From contig NC_043006.1 of the NCBI RefSeq assembly GCF_006345805.1, forward strand, positions 95,232,001-95,296,000: 64,000 bases of DNA. The letters run 5' to 3'. Under the pieces are notes generated by a model. The model was given only the letters and a program-made list of their open reading frames with translations. It made no database searches and had not been told where the DNA came from. Shown piece by piece: positions 13,536-28,280 of this stretch (position 1 is the stretch's first letter; the number at the start of each line of letters is the position of its first letter). This stretch comes from Octopus sinensis (taxonomy: Eukaryota). The translations under genes were made by a program, and so were the position numbers.

Positions 13536-14168
13536 TTTAGATAGTTTCCTTATTACAGTTGTATCATTTCTTTCATTTTTGTATTTCTTTATAATATTTT
13601 TTGTGTGTTTTCTCATAACATCCACCGAATAATATGTTTATTATATCGTTATATTACTCCATAATAATATCGTTATATTAAGAATAAGATCCTTGCCATA
13701 AATATTACATATTTTTTTTTAATATTCCTATTATTGTCATTCCTCTCGTCATCGTCGTCATAAACAATTTAATATTATTTTTATTATTCTATCTTTTATA
13801 TTTTTTACTTGTAAATCGTAAGTGGTGGGCTATATTCTGTGTGTTTTTTTTTAGCTATTTTATTATCTTACTGTTAATTTCACATAATCATTCTCAATTT
13901 TTTTCTTATTTAAATCCTTTCTTTTTATTTTCTACTTTAAAATTTCTCAATATTTATCGCTGTTTCCCCTCTTTTACATTCAGATTTATTTTTAAGCAAT
14001 TTTTGTTATATTCCTTCGTATAAACCCTTCAAAATGACAGCTTCTCTATTAAAAACAATAATTGAAAAATTCTTAATAAAAAGAAGAAGGTAAAAAATAA
14101 CAATAAATAATAATGATAATAAGAATAACAAAAATAAAAATGACAACAATAATAATGACGATATTACT

Positions 14169-14214
<46 letters not shown>

Positions 14215-14393
14215 TAATAATAATAATAATAATAATAATCATATTAATAATAATGATAATGCTGATGATAATAATAATAATAATCATAATAATAATAATG
14301 ATTATGATGATAATAATAATAATAATAATAAGATCGATAACAATACTACCAATGTTAATGATACTAATAATAACAGCAAAAAACACGTCAATA

Positions 14394-14442
<49 letters not shown>

Positions 14443-14503
14443 TAATAATAATAATAACAATAATAATAATAATATTAATAATAATAATAATAATAATAAT
14501 AAT

Positions 14504-14552
<49 letters not shown>

Positions 14553-15202
14553 TGATAATAATGATAATAATAATAAAGGTATTCGCTTCATTAGCCTGCG
14601 TAAAATCTCAAAGCTCAAAGGTCCGATATCATTTTAAAAGCCAGAATTTCATGCTTTTTAAACTTTCATTCAACATCACTAATCTCCACTTTTTAAATCG
14701 TTCCGACCACAACAAATTGATTCTTGCGATTTTAAGGTTTTTTATTTTTATAGGTTTGTATTCTATATATAGGTGTGCATGCGTGTGCATGTGTGTGTGT
14801 GTGTGTTTGTGTTCCTTTCCTTTGCGCTCTCACCTCTGCCACCACCACCACCATCACCAGCACCACCACCAGCACCACCACACCACCAACATTGTGGTGT
14901 TGGGTTTCTTTCCGCTTCTTTCCGTTTCTTCTCGATTCTTTTCGTTTGTAAACCATTGATGTTTGGGCCTTAAGTTTTCGCACATTTTTTTTTGTTCTTT
15001 TGGTCAATATTTTTTCTTCTTTATTGATAATTTTTATAGCTGACATATATTTTATTTTTTATCATTCTTTTATCATTTTTTATCTTCAGTTTCTTTTTGT
15101 ATTTTCCTCTTATTGTTATCATCAATATTACTATCGCCAATGCATTTCCTCTTACACTTTTCCCACTGCCCTACCACCTCCTCCCATCATCATAATCATC
15201 AT

Positions 15203-15330
15203 CTTCTTCTTCTTCTTCTTCTTCTTCTTCTTCTTCTTCTTCTTCTTCTTCTTCTTCTTCTTCTTCTTCTTCTTCTTCTTCTTCTTCTTCTTCTTCTTCT
15301 TCTTCTTCTTCTCCTTCTTCTTCTTCTTCA
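15203..15330. repeat. (CTT)n microsatellite
   Basis: Read directly. Similar tracts at 5422-5495 and 12240-12267. Confidence 0.95.
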
Positions 15331-15585
15331 TCATCATCATCATCGTCGTTGTCGTCGCCATCATTATCATCATCATCACCACCAACTTCATAATTTCTTC
15401 TCTTCTCTTTTTTATGCGCTGTTTTCGTTTTTGCAATATTAATATTACCATTCGAAATTCTCCCTTAATTTCATCGATTATTATTTCGAAAGGCTATTGA
15501 TTAAGCAGGATATTCGATAGCAAACGTGTTCATTTCGTTGCTTTTACTTTTGTTCTGTCAGATTTTCATTATATATACACGTATA

Positions 15586-15616
<31 letters not shown>

Positions 15617-15632
15617 GTGTGTGTGGTGTATG

Positions 15633-15718
<86 letters not shown>

Positions 15719-17479
15719 GATATAATATATATCTATATATATATGCATATATATATATAGATATATATATATATTAATTTTAACGGCTTTCATTTTTTGA
15801 TTCAGCAAGATGTTCGAAGAATCTCATTTTCATATTAACAAAGTATGTTTCCTAGCAAATATATTTTGAGACTGGATTTCCGATTTCTAAATGAAGTTTC
15901 GCTGATTTGACATATTCATATTTTACGAATATCTTCACTCACAAACACACACAAGTACTTACACACGCACACTCTCTCTCTTTCTGTTTCTCTTTCATAT
16001 TTAACACATACACTTATGGAAAAATATAGATACACCTACACGTATACACATATATCGAAATATATACACCCATGTCCGCAGTGAATTAGCAAATACGTTA
16101 GAACGGATTACATAATGTATTATGATTTATTCTGAAACTCGACAATTTGGGTTCACATTCTTCTCAGACCAAATTTGCCTTACACTATTTCATTAATTCT
16201 AAGGAAATAGAATTAGCGACAGCAATGGATTGTCGAAACGGTAAAGATGTTCCGGATCGTTCACGATTTTTACTTTACGTTTTCTGCATGTCTTGCGGTG
16301 AGCGACATGGAATTCGTCGCCATGTTTAATTATTAAACGGCGGATATCGGCAATCGATGTTTCAAAAATTTTAATATAGAGATGGGCATCATTAAACGAA
16401 AGTGAATATTTTACGCCACCTTTCGATAATGTGAGTGTAAATCTTAATGTGCGACAAACTAACAATCGTTATATTGAAATTATTTAAAGTGAAAATAAAG
16501 ATACAAATTACACTAAAGATAAAGGTATATTTCTCGTCTTTTTTCTGTGTCACACACATTCATGCAGCCCTTTCCTGCATTTTAAAAGTTCAAGCTACCA
16601 CTTTGCCCCTCCGGTGTTTTTAACGAAATACACCTATTTGTAAGTATCTGGAATAACTTCCCGGTTTGGGATACACTTTTGCAATGTGATGGGCACTGTG
16701 TAAAAAATATTGCGAAACTTATAAGGACAAACTTGTAAAGAAATACAAAAATTATACACGCACACACACATACACAGGTACTCACGCAAGCACAAACATA
16801 AACATGGCATAAATCAGTGGTATTTCTGTATTTGACGGCTATGGGAGAAATAATAATACTAATTTGCTTTAATTAGCATGTATTGATTTAATGGGGGAGT
16901 ATTGCATAAGGTTGTCGTAGATAGGCTACATTAAAAAACAAAACAAATGTTGTCTCCTGTGTCTGATGGAGTGATTGGCTATGTGTGTGTTATCCCAAAT
17001 CTCTGCCCGAGATAAACTAAGTCATCATTAAAACACCAATTCCTTCAACCACATGTTTGTATATATAATATATATATATATATATTATATATATATAATA
17101 TATATATATATATATACTGTTTTTTGGGGTTATCAAAGCCGCGAGTTATCAACGAACTTCAAAGCAACCAAAGCAACTTTATATTCTTTTGGTGAGTCCC
17201 TTCGGAAGTTTACTTTTTTTTTATTAGTTCAACGATCAGTCTACAATGGAGAGTCATCAGTCATCATACAACAAAACATCTTTAGTGAGTCTGCAACGTG
17301 AAAGCCTTCGAGACTGAGCTCCACTTTCTGCAAAACAGCAGACTCATCTTCTTCATATTGCATCCGATGATTGATATGAAAACGAACCACACATTGGATA
17401 ATGCAAGCAATTAGATACTCGCTCTGTTTCATATATAAGATAAGTTGGCCATGACTGGATTGTTTTTGTTCAATTTTCT

Positions 17480-17945
17480 GAATTGATGACAGTGAAGCTT
17501 ACTATTACTTTGCTTAAGACCTTCTCGCTCTGAGGAACATCGACCCTCAATGATTTTTTCTCCACTGTTCTCGAATCTAGTTTATCTTTCCGCTTTTTCC
17601 AGTTGGATCCCTATTTTTTCAGTTCTGACTCAGCATCACATCCAGCTGCTTATTGTATTCTCTCCCTCCTGTTCCAGATTGTGGATTTCCTGAAGAAAAA
17701 AAAAACATCCTCTTCCAGATCCTGTTGGTTTTGATTTAGACTGTCATAGATGCCTCCATAACTTTGCTTTCACTAGGTGGTGATGGTGTTCCTATACGAA
17801 CTAATTTCTACTCCTGGGAATAGGTGGTACATATTTCTCTGAACTTTACCCTTTGACCTTTCCAGCATAGGAAACCCTACCAGTTGTTCGCACCCGGCTA
17901 GCATAGCTCTCAGCGTCATTGGGGCACACAACAAGGACTGGACCT
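17480..17945 (-). mobile_element. Probable internally deleted RTE-type LINE derivative (5' UTR-like part joined to 3' end)
   Basis: The minus strand has an RTE-like leader (ccaatgacgctgagagctatgc...ggtagggtttcctatgctggaaaggtcaaaggg) and an RTE-like 3' end. Recognised by pattern only. Confidence 0.45.
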
Positions 17946-18304
17946 TCTGGTGCGATCAGAGGTCTGTCGTGTCCTAATTAGTAAAAACAAACACAATTCA
18001 GTCAAGATAACTTTTCTTTGTGTTTTCTCAAACAGCTAGATATAGCAATCAAATCTTACTCGACTCACGCATTACTGTAAAAATGAAGGACAACTTTCAT
18101 AATGTAGTCCGCGGTTCATTAAGTGTAAATAAAATTGAAATACACACACACACTGGTGCAATGACACGTCTTTATTTTACCAACTAAGTACCCAGTGGTT
18201 TATCTAATTCGTTGAGTAATCAATCCGGTTGTTAGTTTTATCTGTCAGAACAATTTCGTCTCTTTTCGCAACCTCATCAACGAAATGCCCTCGCTGAGAA
18301 TTAG

Positions 18305-18973
18305 TTCTTTATTACTCACAGGGGACTAAACATAGAGGGGACAAGCAAGGACAGACAAAGGGATTAAGTCAATTATATCAACCCCAGTGCGTAACTTAGT
18401 CATTTAATCGATCCCGAAAGGCTGAAAGGCAAAGTCGACCTCAGCGGAATTTGAACGCCAAACGTAATGGCAGACGAAATACCGCTAAGCATTTCGCCCG
18501 GTTGGTAGCGATTCTGCCAGCTCGCTGCCCTCAAATATGCTTTTCTAATCCAGGCACAAGGCGCGAAATTTTGGGGAAAAGGGGACCAGTCGATTAGATC
18601 GCCCCGAGTACGCAACTGGTATTTAATTAAATATATCGACACCGAAAGGATGAAAGGCAGAGTCGGCCTCGGCGGAATTTGAACTCGGAACGAAGACAGA
18701 CAAAATACTGCTAAACATTTCGCCCGGCGTGCTAATGTTTCTTATTTCTTTATTGCCTACAAAGGGTTACACGCAGAGGGGACAAATAAAGACAGACAAA
18801 CTGATTAAGTTGATTACATCAACCCCAGTGAATAACTGGTACTTAATTTATCGACCTCGAAAGGAAGAAAGGCAAAGTCGACATCGGCGGAATTTGAACT
18901 CAGAACGTAGCGGCAGAAGAAATACGGCTACGCTTCGCCCGGCGCGCTAATGTTTCTGTCAGCTCGCCGCCTT
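18305..18973 (-). mobile_element. Cluster of three tRNA-derived SINEs (family B, central domain gactttgcctttcatcctttcggggtcgataaat)
   Basis: Three head-to-tail copies (~18305-18530, 18550-18735, 18742-18973) with ggcgagctggcaga heads (truncated in the middle copy) and a gagttcaaattcc B-box-like motif. Confidence 0.85.
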
Positions 18974-19631
18974 AGTGTCTGAGAATTAATCTCATGCCTA
19001 TGTATGGGTATGTTTTTATGTATATATGTACCTACGTGTCCATGAAGATGTTTGTTTACATATGTTTGCGTTTTGTTCAACACATTAAGCAAACCATTGG
19101 ATGGTTAGTTGGTAAATTAATGGAATGGAAATTGAGCCAGTGCGTGTGCTTACTGTAATTTTTATATTAATTTAATTTTCATTGGCATAATGACCCTCCC
19201 GAGAAACAACAAAAATTGCTTCAACACATGCATTCACTATGTGCATAGCCGCATATACACGCGCATACGAACACACATACATGCACGCACACACAGTATA
19301 CACAAATATGATATACTAAATATGCACAGACTGAAGGTGGGCTAGGAACAGCGTAAGCATTTTAAACACCCGTTAATCTAAAGATAACTGTATGGACAAC
19401 AAGGGTTAACGTGGTAGATATTAATACAAGGGTAGCAATAATATACTGGATTATAACAATGGAATATGCAGACATGCTTTAAGCAGAAACAGCTCGAATT
19501 GTACCCTAAATTCCTACATGATGTAACTGTATGTAAAAACATGTCTATTGATACATACATATGTAGATACATATGTAATACATTCTTTATATATATATTA
19601 TATATATATATATATAATATATATATATATA

Positions 19632-19671
<40 letters not shown>

Positions 19672-19682
19672 TGTATATAATA

Positions 19683-19719
<37 letters not shown>

Positions 19720-19805
19720 ATATATATATATATATAATATATATAATATATATATATATTGTATATGTATTTATATACATGTATATACATATATCATATG
19801 AGTGT

Positions 19806-19925
19806 AGCAAAATTTGATTCAAATGAATATGGTACTTAACTTAAATGCACAAGAATTTTGTAGGGTGTTATTCATATAAATCCATGGGGTGATTATAATC
19901 AAAATAAGCAACAAAGTAGGCAACA
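19806..19925. mobile_element. Isolated pLTR tail fragment of the Naiad-like family in TA-rich repeat
   Basis: agcaaaatttgattcaaatgaatatggtacttaa...ggtgattataatcaaaataagcaacaa matches the reverse complements of 42785-42879 and 52677-52732. Confidence 0.7.
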
Positions 19926-20201
19926 TATATATATATTATATATAAATATACGACAAAGAAGAAAATGGCGGCAGACATTCTATTATGTCTTTTTATTCCA
20001 AAACAAAAGGGAGTATTATAAGAATAGATACACATGCAAAGACTGTGTGCTACACAAATATATACACTAGTCATAGTAATAATAGTAATACATAGATTAT
20101 ACATATATAATAATATAAATAATATATATATATTTGCATATATACATCCGTATACGGTATATATATATAGATGTATATAATATATAAATATATAATATTA
20201 T

Positions 20202-20341
<140 letters not shown>

Positions 20342-20349
20342 ATTATATA

Positions 20350-23300
20350 TATTCGCTCTAGATTGCTACTGGTAACATGTAATCTAGTACAACCTGTTGC
20401 ATGGTCGGGACGTCGGCGACTAAACTGACAACCCCACCAGGTTCGCTTGGTGAGGAAGGTGCTGTTGGACTCCCTGTGGGATAGAAAAACAAAACCCGAC
20501 AAAGGGCGGATGAACTCCTGAACAGTCAACGGCCATCCAACAAAATGCCGGCCTTCCTGCCCAGCCAGTGGGATGGCGTCATCTTATGGCTAAAACAGCA
20601 CGAAGAACGAAGAGAAAAGAAAAACGGCCTCAGTACCCTGCACGTCAATCGTGCCTCTCCAACCCAAGCGACGAGAGGCTGCTAAGAATCACAGGTTCCC
20701 GAGGTCCTTCATGGAACAGGACTAAACTTGCCATATGCACCTACAACTGCAGGTCCATGGCAGGGTGGCAAGAACTGAACCACCTAATGGAGGAGAGGAA
20801 GAAGATCAGGTGCGACGTGTTAGGGCTGTGCGAGACACGCTGGAAGAAGGAAGCGAGTATATGATGGCAAGATGGATGCACTGTCAGATTAGGGAGAGCA
20901 GATGGTGCTAGATCGGTCGGAGGTATCGGATTCATCGTAAGTAAGGAATGGGCTTCGAGAGTCGCTTCTTGCCAGTTAATATCATCTCGGATTGGTGTAC
21001 TAAATGTGAACCTCTCAGGGAAGGCCACCCTCAATATTGTCCAGACCTATGCTCCCACAAGAGCCAGCGACGACGACGAGGAAGAAGAATTCTATCGACA
21101 ACTAGACAAAGGGCTAGCTATGAAGTCCACTTACACTGTCGTGATGGGAGACTTCAACGCAAAGGTTGGACATGGACGACAAGGAGATGAGTACGTCGGG
21201 AGATTCGGCATGGGAGAGAGAAACGAGAGAGGAGAACGTTTGGCTACCATGGAAGAGGCGAGGCGGCTCTACATCGGAAACAGCCTATTCAGGAAGAGGG
21301 AAAGGAAGAGGGAGAGGAAAAGATGGACCTGGATATCGCCGAACTCGAAACACCGAAGCGAGATCGACTACATCCTGGTTGATAAGCGACGCATATTACA
21401 TGACGTCTCCGTCGTGACGCCATTCAACACCGGCAGCGATCATCGTCTGGTGAGGGCAAGGGTCATCATCGACGGGAAGAAGGAGAAGATGGCGCTGTAT
21501 TTGGCGTTGAGGGGAAAACGTGTCCGAGTCTACAACGAGGCAAAGCTGCAGGAAGCTATCATGCAGGAAGACTGGTGCCAAGGAGACGACAAAGACGATG
21601 ATTACAACTCACTGATAAGGAAACTGAGGGAGTGTTTAAGGAAGGCTAACGGAGTATGCCCAAGAGAAAAGAAGGGAAGAATCTCGGAAGAAACTACGAA
21701 GTTGCTCGAGAAGAAGAAAAATATGAAGAGGACTATTGAAGTTCACCTTAAATATTCCATTCTCAGCAGAGTGATTCGTCAGCAACTAAAGAAAGACTTT
21801 GAGGCATACCGGATGGAGAAGCTCTTTAAGGCCGCAGAGGAAAAGAAGAGCCTCAAGAAATGCAAGAGGGACATGGTACTATATAGATCGGAGGTGACGG
21901 CCCTGAAAAATACAGATGGAATACCGGTCAACGAGAAGGGCGAGATGGAAAATGTTTGCGAAGACTTCTACACTAAGCTCTTTAAGTCTACCAGAAATGT
22001 CCAGCCGTTACCACCACTCCAACAGGAAGAAAACGTGCCACCTATCCTTGTCAGTGAGGTTGAAAGAGACATCGGCTCGATGAAAATCGGAAAGGCTCCA
22101 GGGAAAGACGGTATAACATCGGAGGTGCTAAAGTCAAGCAGAGAGCAGCTCTGGAATATCCTTGCTAAGCGATTTACGCACTATCTAGACGAGGGGAGAA
22201 TTCCCTCGCAGTGGAAAGAGTCAAATACCATCCTGCTGTATATGAAGGGCGACAGAGAAGATCTAAAGAACTACCGACCCAAATGCCTGCTGTCTCACGT
22301 ATACAAACTGTTCACGAAGATAATTCTGAACAGGTTGTCACGTCGTCTCGACGAACAACAGCCAAGGGAACAATCAGGCTTCCGGAATAACTACAGCACG
22401 ATGGACCATATATTTACTCTAACGCAACTGCTTGAGCGAGCAAATGTGTACAAGCTGCCTCTTTGCGTTGCGTTTGTAGACTATGAGAAGGCCTTCGATA
22501 GCGTCGAAACCAATGCAGTACTGAACTCGCTGCAGAGACAAGGAGTCGAAGCGTAGTGTGTGCAGCTGATCAGGGAGGCAAATTCCGGATGCACCACCGA
22601 CATAGCTCTACTGTCATCACCCATACGAGTGCCGGTCGAGAAGGGAGTGAAGCAAGGAGATACAATCTCCCCAAAACTTTTCACTGCATGTCTCGAACAG
22701 ATCATCAGAGGCATCGACTGGCAAGGCGGTGTCAACATCAATGGCGAGCTCCTCACCCACCTCCGTTTCGCTGACTATATCGTACTTATCGCTGAAAACA
22801 CGGCTCAGCTTCAGACCATGCTGACGGAGCTCGACATCAAAAGCTCTGCAGTAGGTCTCAAGATGAACCGCATGAAAATAAAGTTCATGCGGTCAGACAA
22901 CGTACCAACAGGTCGAATGGTGATCGGCAGTGATGAAATAGAGGAGGTAAGGGAATATGTCTACCTGGGACAGGAAGTGAATATGTGCCGAGATATCGAG
23001 AAGGAGATCTCACGGATGGAAGGCGTTTAATGGCATATTGGATGTGCTCAAGGGAAGGTTGGACAGGACCACCCGCGCCAACCTCATTAACAGTGCAGTT
23101 CTGCTTGCAATGTTATATGGTAGTGAAACATGGGCTACCACAAAGAGAAAAGAGCAAAGACTGGTAACGACTCAAAGAGCCATGGAATGGTCAATGCTTG
23201 GTATCTCGTTGAGAGAGCACATCAGTAGCGAGGTCATCAGAAAGAAGTCCAGCGTGAAAGATGTCATCGCAAAGTATACACGTAGCAAGTATAGATGGGC

Positions 23301-23534
23301 TGGACACGTCGCCCGGCTCACCGATAATCGGTGGACCCACACATTTGTCGTGTGGTACCCGCGCGAGCGGAAAAGACCACCCGGAAGACCTCCACGACGG
23401 TGGAGTTACGATTTCAGGAGGACGATTGGGATCACGTGGATGAGAAAGGTGCGATCCAGAGAGGAGTGGACAAATGGACGTCTGACGGACTGGTCGGTCA
23501 AGGTGATCAAGGTGATCAAGGTGATCAAGGTGAT
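20350..23534 (+). mobile_element. Near full-length RTE-clade LINE inserted in (TA)n, ending in (TCAAGGTGA)4
   Basis: Single APE-RT reading frame with a 9-bp tandem tail at 23498-23533 and (TA)n on both flanks. Visibly more GC- and CpG-rich than the flanks. Confidence 0.95.
20568..23480 (+). pseudogene. RTE ORF: apurinic-type endonuclease plus reverse transcriptase, disrupted
   Basis: Motifs TYNCRS, LGLCETRW, YAPT, MGDFNAKVG, IDYILV, SDHRLV, NYRP, QSGFR, FVDYEKAFDSV, GVKQGDTISPKLF, LRFADY (FADD to FADY), YVYLG and RWAGHV. Stops at 20862 and 22554 and a frameshift near 23020. Confidence 0.93.
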
Positions 23535-23559
23535 ATATATATATATATATATATATATG

Positions 23560-23845
23560 AATATGAGGGCACAGGACGTCACAAAACGTGTACAACAAAA
23601 AAATACAAAGTACGAGTACATGGAACATGAACTATTCATTCAAACCACGAACGACACAATGGAAAACATAACAAACAACATAAAGAACGACCCTTCATCA
23701 GTTGTTGGCTGTTTTTCTAATCGCGTATTTCGAGCATTTAAAAACAATATCCGATTTCGATAAAAAAATTTGCTCCCGCAAAGCAAATTAAACAAAATTT
23801 GGATTTTGCGGAGGGTCAAAATTGGTAACACAAACAGGACGGTAT
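23560..23845 (-). mobile_element. Interspersed repeat, probably PLE pLTR-like (contains CTGATGAAGGG)
   Basis: Reverse complement matches 35660-35890. Flanked by (TA)n. Confidence 0.6.
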
Positions 23846-23959
23846 ATATTTATACACACACACAGACACACATATATATATATGTGTAGTATATTATATA
23901 GATATATATATATAAATAATATAATATATATATATATATATTCTTTTATCCTTTTATTC

Positions 23960-24150
23960 TCCATTTGTTTCAGTTATTTGACTGTGGCCATGCCGGAGCA
24001 CCGCCTCTAGCTGAACAAATCAACACCAGGACTTATTCTTTGTAAGTCTAGTACTTATTCTATCGGTTTCTTTTTGACGAATCGTTAAGTTACGGGGAAA
24101 TTACCACCTCAACATCGGTGTCAAGCGATGGTATTAAACACAGGCAGACA
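23960..24150 (+). mobile_element. SINE-like repeat (family C)
   Basis: ttgactgtggccatgc(t)ggagcaccgc...aggacttattctttgt...gttaagttacgggga. Copies at 49790-49990 (+), 35095-35300 (-) and 39490-39640 (+, decayed). Confidence 0.75.
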
Positions 24151-24276
24151 AATATATGCATACACGCACACCCACACATACACACACACATACACTCACA
24201 CAAACACACACACATATATTATGTATGTATATATATATATATATAATATATATACATATATACATAATATATATAT

Positions 24277-24311
<35 letters not shown>

Positions 24312-24781
24312 TTATGTATGTATGTTTATATATACATATGTCCGCGAGAGCGAGAGATTGTCTGTGCGTTGGCACAAATAGCGACAAACCGGTTCACTGG
24401 AAATCATGCCACGGCATGGCGCATAAAATGTATTTTATAATACATTAAAAAACGGTAATATGATTAAACTACCTGTTTAGCTGATCATCGATACTTTTGA
24501 GATATCAGTTTTATTGATGAGCGCCACCTTACGGTAGTCAGTAACAGCCAATATGCTTGATGGGAGACCTGTAGCAATGCACATTAAAATATATATTATC
24601 TATCGACCTCTCCAACTTTAAATGAAATATCTTCGTCATTATAAAGCATATTGATTGAAAAACCTGGTGAGTTACCATCGTCAAGCGCTCAAGGAACCAA
24701 TACATCAATAGATAAGATACCAAAGGGAGACAGACAGGGAAAACCTCATAGATCCATATACACACATGACCACGCATATAA

Positions 24782-24820
<39 letters not shown>

Positions 24821-24996
24821 CATATATACATATATATACATACATAAATGTATATATATATATATATACATATATATACATATATACATATATACATATA
24901 TATATACATATATACATATACATATATGCATACATATATACACACATATATACATACTATATACATACATACATATATATATATGTATATATATAG

Positions 24997-25042
<46 letters not shown>

Positions 25043-25707
25043 ATTATATACATGTGTGTGTGTGTGTCGAGTGCGTCTTCGCGCGCGCGTGTGTGTATGT
25101 GCGTGTGTATGTACGTGTGTGTGTAATAGTGAGACAGACAGGAAAACAGACATTCAATCATAGACATGCATTGAACGGGCCTGAATTGTCTGTACAATTG
25201 ACACACCATACGTTGGCCATGACTGAGGCTTTCAGAACCTCATGTACTATTGATTGTAGTTAGATGTAGAGACAGATATATCATTTTATATACAGAGTGA
25301 TTGTCTGATAGGCCGCTAGATTTCATAGATAAACTGTAAATGCTCCTGGTTCAAGTTAACACATCCAACGTTATATACATATATGTGTTTGTTTAAATCT
25401 ATATATATATATATATATATAATATATATTATATATATATATATATATATATCAAAAAACACACATATATGTATATACATACATACACGCACACACAGAT
25501 GTAGATCGATAGATGTGAAATTTCGCGCGATAAATACATAGTATAGTACCCGGATATATCAGAGCGTAAGGTGGGGTATTGGTGTCATAGCAACGCTTCT
25601 CGTTCTTAAAGTAATTTGCTCAAGAATTTTATTGATGTTTACCAAAGATGTCATCTGAAGTAGACATGTCGTATATCACGGTAGTCATATAATTTACGCT
25701 TGTTCGT

Positions 25708-25791
<84 letters not shown>

Positions 25792-25873
25792 TATCTACTA
25801 CTCTCTCTCTCTCGTACTATATATATATATATTAATATATATATATTATATATATATATATATAATATATATA

Positions 25874-25912
<39 letters not shown>

Positions 25913-27426
25913 TCCATCTATCTATCTCTTTGGTTGTTTGTCTATCAATTTGTATATTACGTTCTCATTTTCGGTGTATAGGTATATAGATAGATAGATA
26001 GATACATACATACATACATACATATAAATGTACTCACAGCTTCACACACCCACACACACACACACGTATATACAGATACATCGATATCCATTGTTGCATT
26101 TGTAGGGTAGTATAGTTGCCTTTGTATTTGCTGTGCATCCCACACAAGCAAATTCTGTTACAATTATAAACGTTTCAACGATTATTACTGATTATTATTG
26201 GTTCTGAAAAGATTCGTGAAAGGCAGTAGGGTTGGTACTTTTCTCTATGTAATTTCACTCTCATATTCTCTCCCTTTTTCGCTCTCTCTCTTTTTCTCTC
26301 TCATTCTTTTCCTTTGTATTTTCCCCTCATCTTGATGACAACGGCTAAAATCAGCGCTAAATAGGAATTTGCTCTGCTTTGGTGAGATCCATTGACTGAG
26401 ACCCATCTTCGGGCGTCGGGACGTCGTGGACCACTTTGTCCTCATTAAAGATGAATTTTACGCGCAGCCAACTTCACTCTCTCATCCGTGACCAACTTCA
26501 CTCCAGTGGCAAAACCACCTGAAGAAAACTGAGGATTACAAACGGATGCAGTGGATGACCAAGATATCATACTTGCCATATCTTAATCTCTGCATTCCAC
26601 AATGCATACCTCTAACCGTCTGACCTTCCGCTAAGTCAAGAAGGGTTTCTTATGCTGAGCCGAGTCTTCACAGGCATAGGTGAACATAGTCTAATATGTT
26701 AGGTAAGTCGTAGCTGCGGCCCTAACAGATGCCACTACTTCGAGTTGTGTTTGTGTTTGTTTGTGTGTGTATGGGGGGGGGGGGTTCCAATTTTTTTAAT
26801 TGTTTTTTTTTTACATATTTCAATTTTGTTTATAAGAACGTTATACATGGCAGAACAATGGAATGCCAAATTTTTTCATCTCGAATTCTTTTCCTCAAAT
26901 ATTCCTTATTATTCTTTCTTAAGAAGCTAAATATTTCTTTTATGTCATTTAAATATTAACATTTATTGAATTAAAAATTACAAGACTAAAACAAACTTTA
27001 GACATTGAAACATGTTTTCTTTTGTAAAATATATTTATCGCTATATTCTTGAATATTAAATCTAATATCATGTCGACTTACATATAAACCTCGGAAGTAG
27101 TATATTTTCCTGTTTATGAGACAAACAATACAATGATACCTCTATCTGTAAAATATCATGTAGGTTTTTCTGATAATCATACCTAACAATCTATATATTG
27201 AAATATCTTACACAACGTACGTACATCGATCTATAAAGTATTAGTTTTTGTTTTTTCATTCTCCATTCTCCTTTATAATTATGATGTTGCATTAAATCTG
27301 TATCGTATTTCCTCTTGAAAATGTTATCAACCGTTTATATTGAGATATAAGCAAGATAATGCATTCCCGCATATAGAAAATCTGTACTTGTTATGTGAAT
27401 AACAGCATAAACATAAAAATATTTGC

Positions 27427-27464
<38 letters not shown>

Positions 27465-27475
<11 letters not shown>

Positions 27476-27509
27476 TATTTATTAATATAAGTATATGTAT
27501 ATACATCTA

Positions 27510-27553
<44 letters not shown>

Positions 27554-27730
27554 TATATATATGCATATTTATCAATATAAGTATATATATATACATCTAT
27601 GTGCATATATATATATATGTATATATATATATATGCATATTTATCAATATAAGTATATATATATACATATATATATATATATGCATATTTATCAATATAA
27701 GTATATATATATACATATATATATATGTAA
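27465..27730. repeat. TA-derived minisatellite, 4 units of atatgcatatttatcaatataagtatatat...
   Basis: The unit core recurs near 27470, 27560, 27631 and 27680. Confidence 0.8.
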
Positions 27731-28063
27731 GCATATATTAGCAGAACTCTATTCCTCGAAAGTTGGTGGATATTTTTTTGTAGAAGTTACCAAACGAAGG
27801 CTCAGCCGCGGCGAGATTTTTCCTATTATTTTCTATACAAGAGCAACATATCTTTACGTCTGCATATCTCCACATTACAGATGGCATCAATACTTACACA
27901 AGATGTTAAACGATGGAATCGAACTTGTGTTCCTAATGTTGCAGAAACCTAACTATATTGTTCATTATGAATAAAAGTCCTTGCAGAAGGATTTAATACC
28001 AGAAACCGAAAAGAAAAAAGAAACAGGCTTCATTAAGTCATGTCTAATATTCTAACAAGTTAT

Positions 28064-28280
28064 AGGCGGCGAGCTGGCAGAGACGTTAACATACCGGGCG
28101 AAATGCTTAACGGTGTTTCGCTAGTCTTTACTTTCTGGGTCCTAATTACCCCGAGGTCGACTTTGTCTTTCGTCCTTACGGGGTCGATAAATTAAGTAAG
28201 ATTTGCGTATTGGTATCGATCTATTTGGCTGGCCTCCTCCCCAAAAGTTTCGGGCCTCGTGCCCATAGAAGATAAGAATT
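28064..28280 (+). mobile_element. tRNA-derived SINE (family B)
   Basis: aggcggcgagctggcagagacgttaacataccgggcgaaatgc...gaggtcgactttgtctttcgtccttacggggtcgataaattaagt. Other copies at 39140-39330 (+) and 49430-49625 (-). Confidence 0.85.

Noticed and set aside
16580-16740. Candidate host exons in non-repetitive patches (also 9340-9740, 26300-26710 and 36400-36960)
   Set aside because: Isolated splice-like signals occur, but there is no sustained frame or recognisable protein.
23498-23533. Short direct repeats as a CRISPR-like array (also 34292-34390 and 27465-27730)
   Set aside because: No unique spacers and a eukaryotic context. They are explained as an RTE tail, a junction reiteration and a minisatellite.
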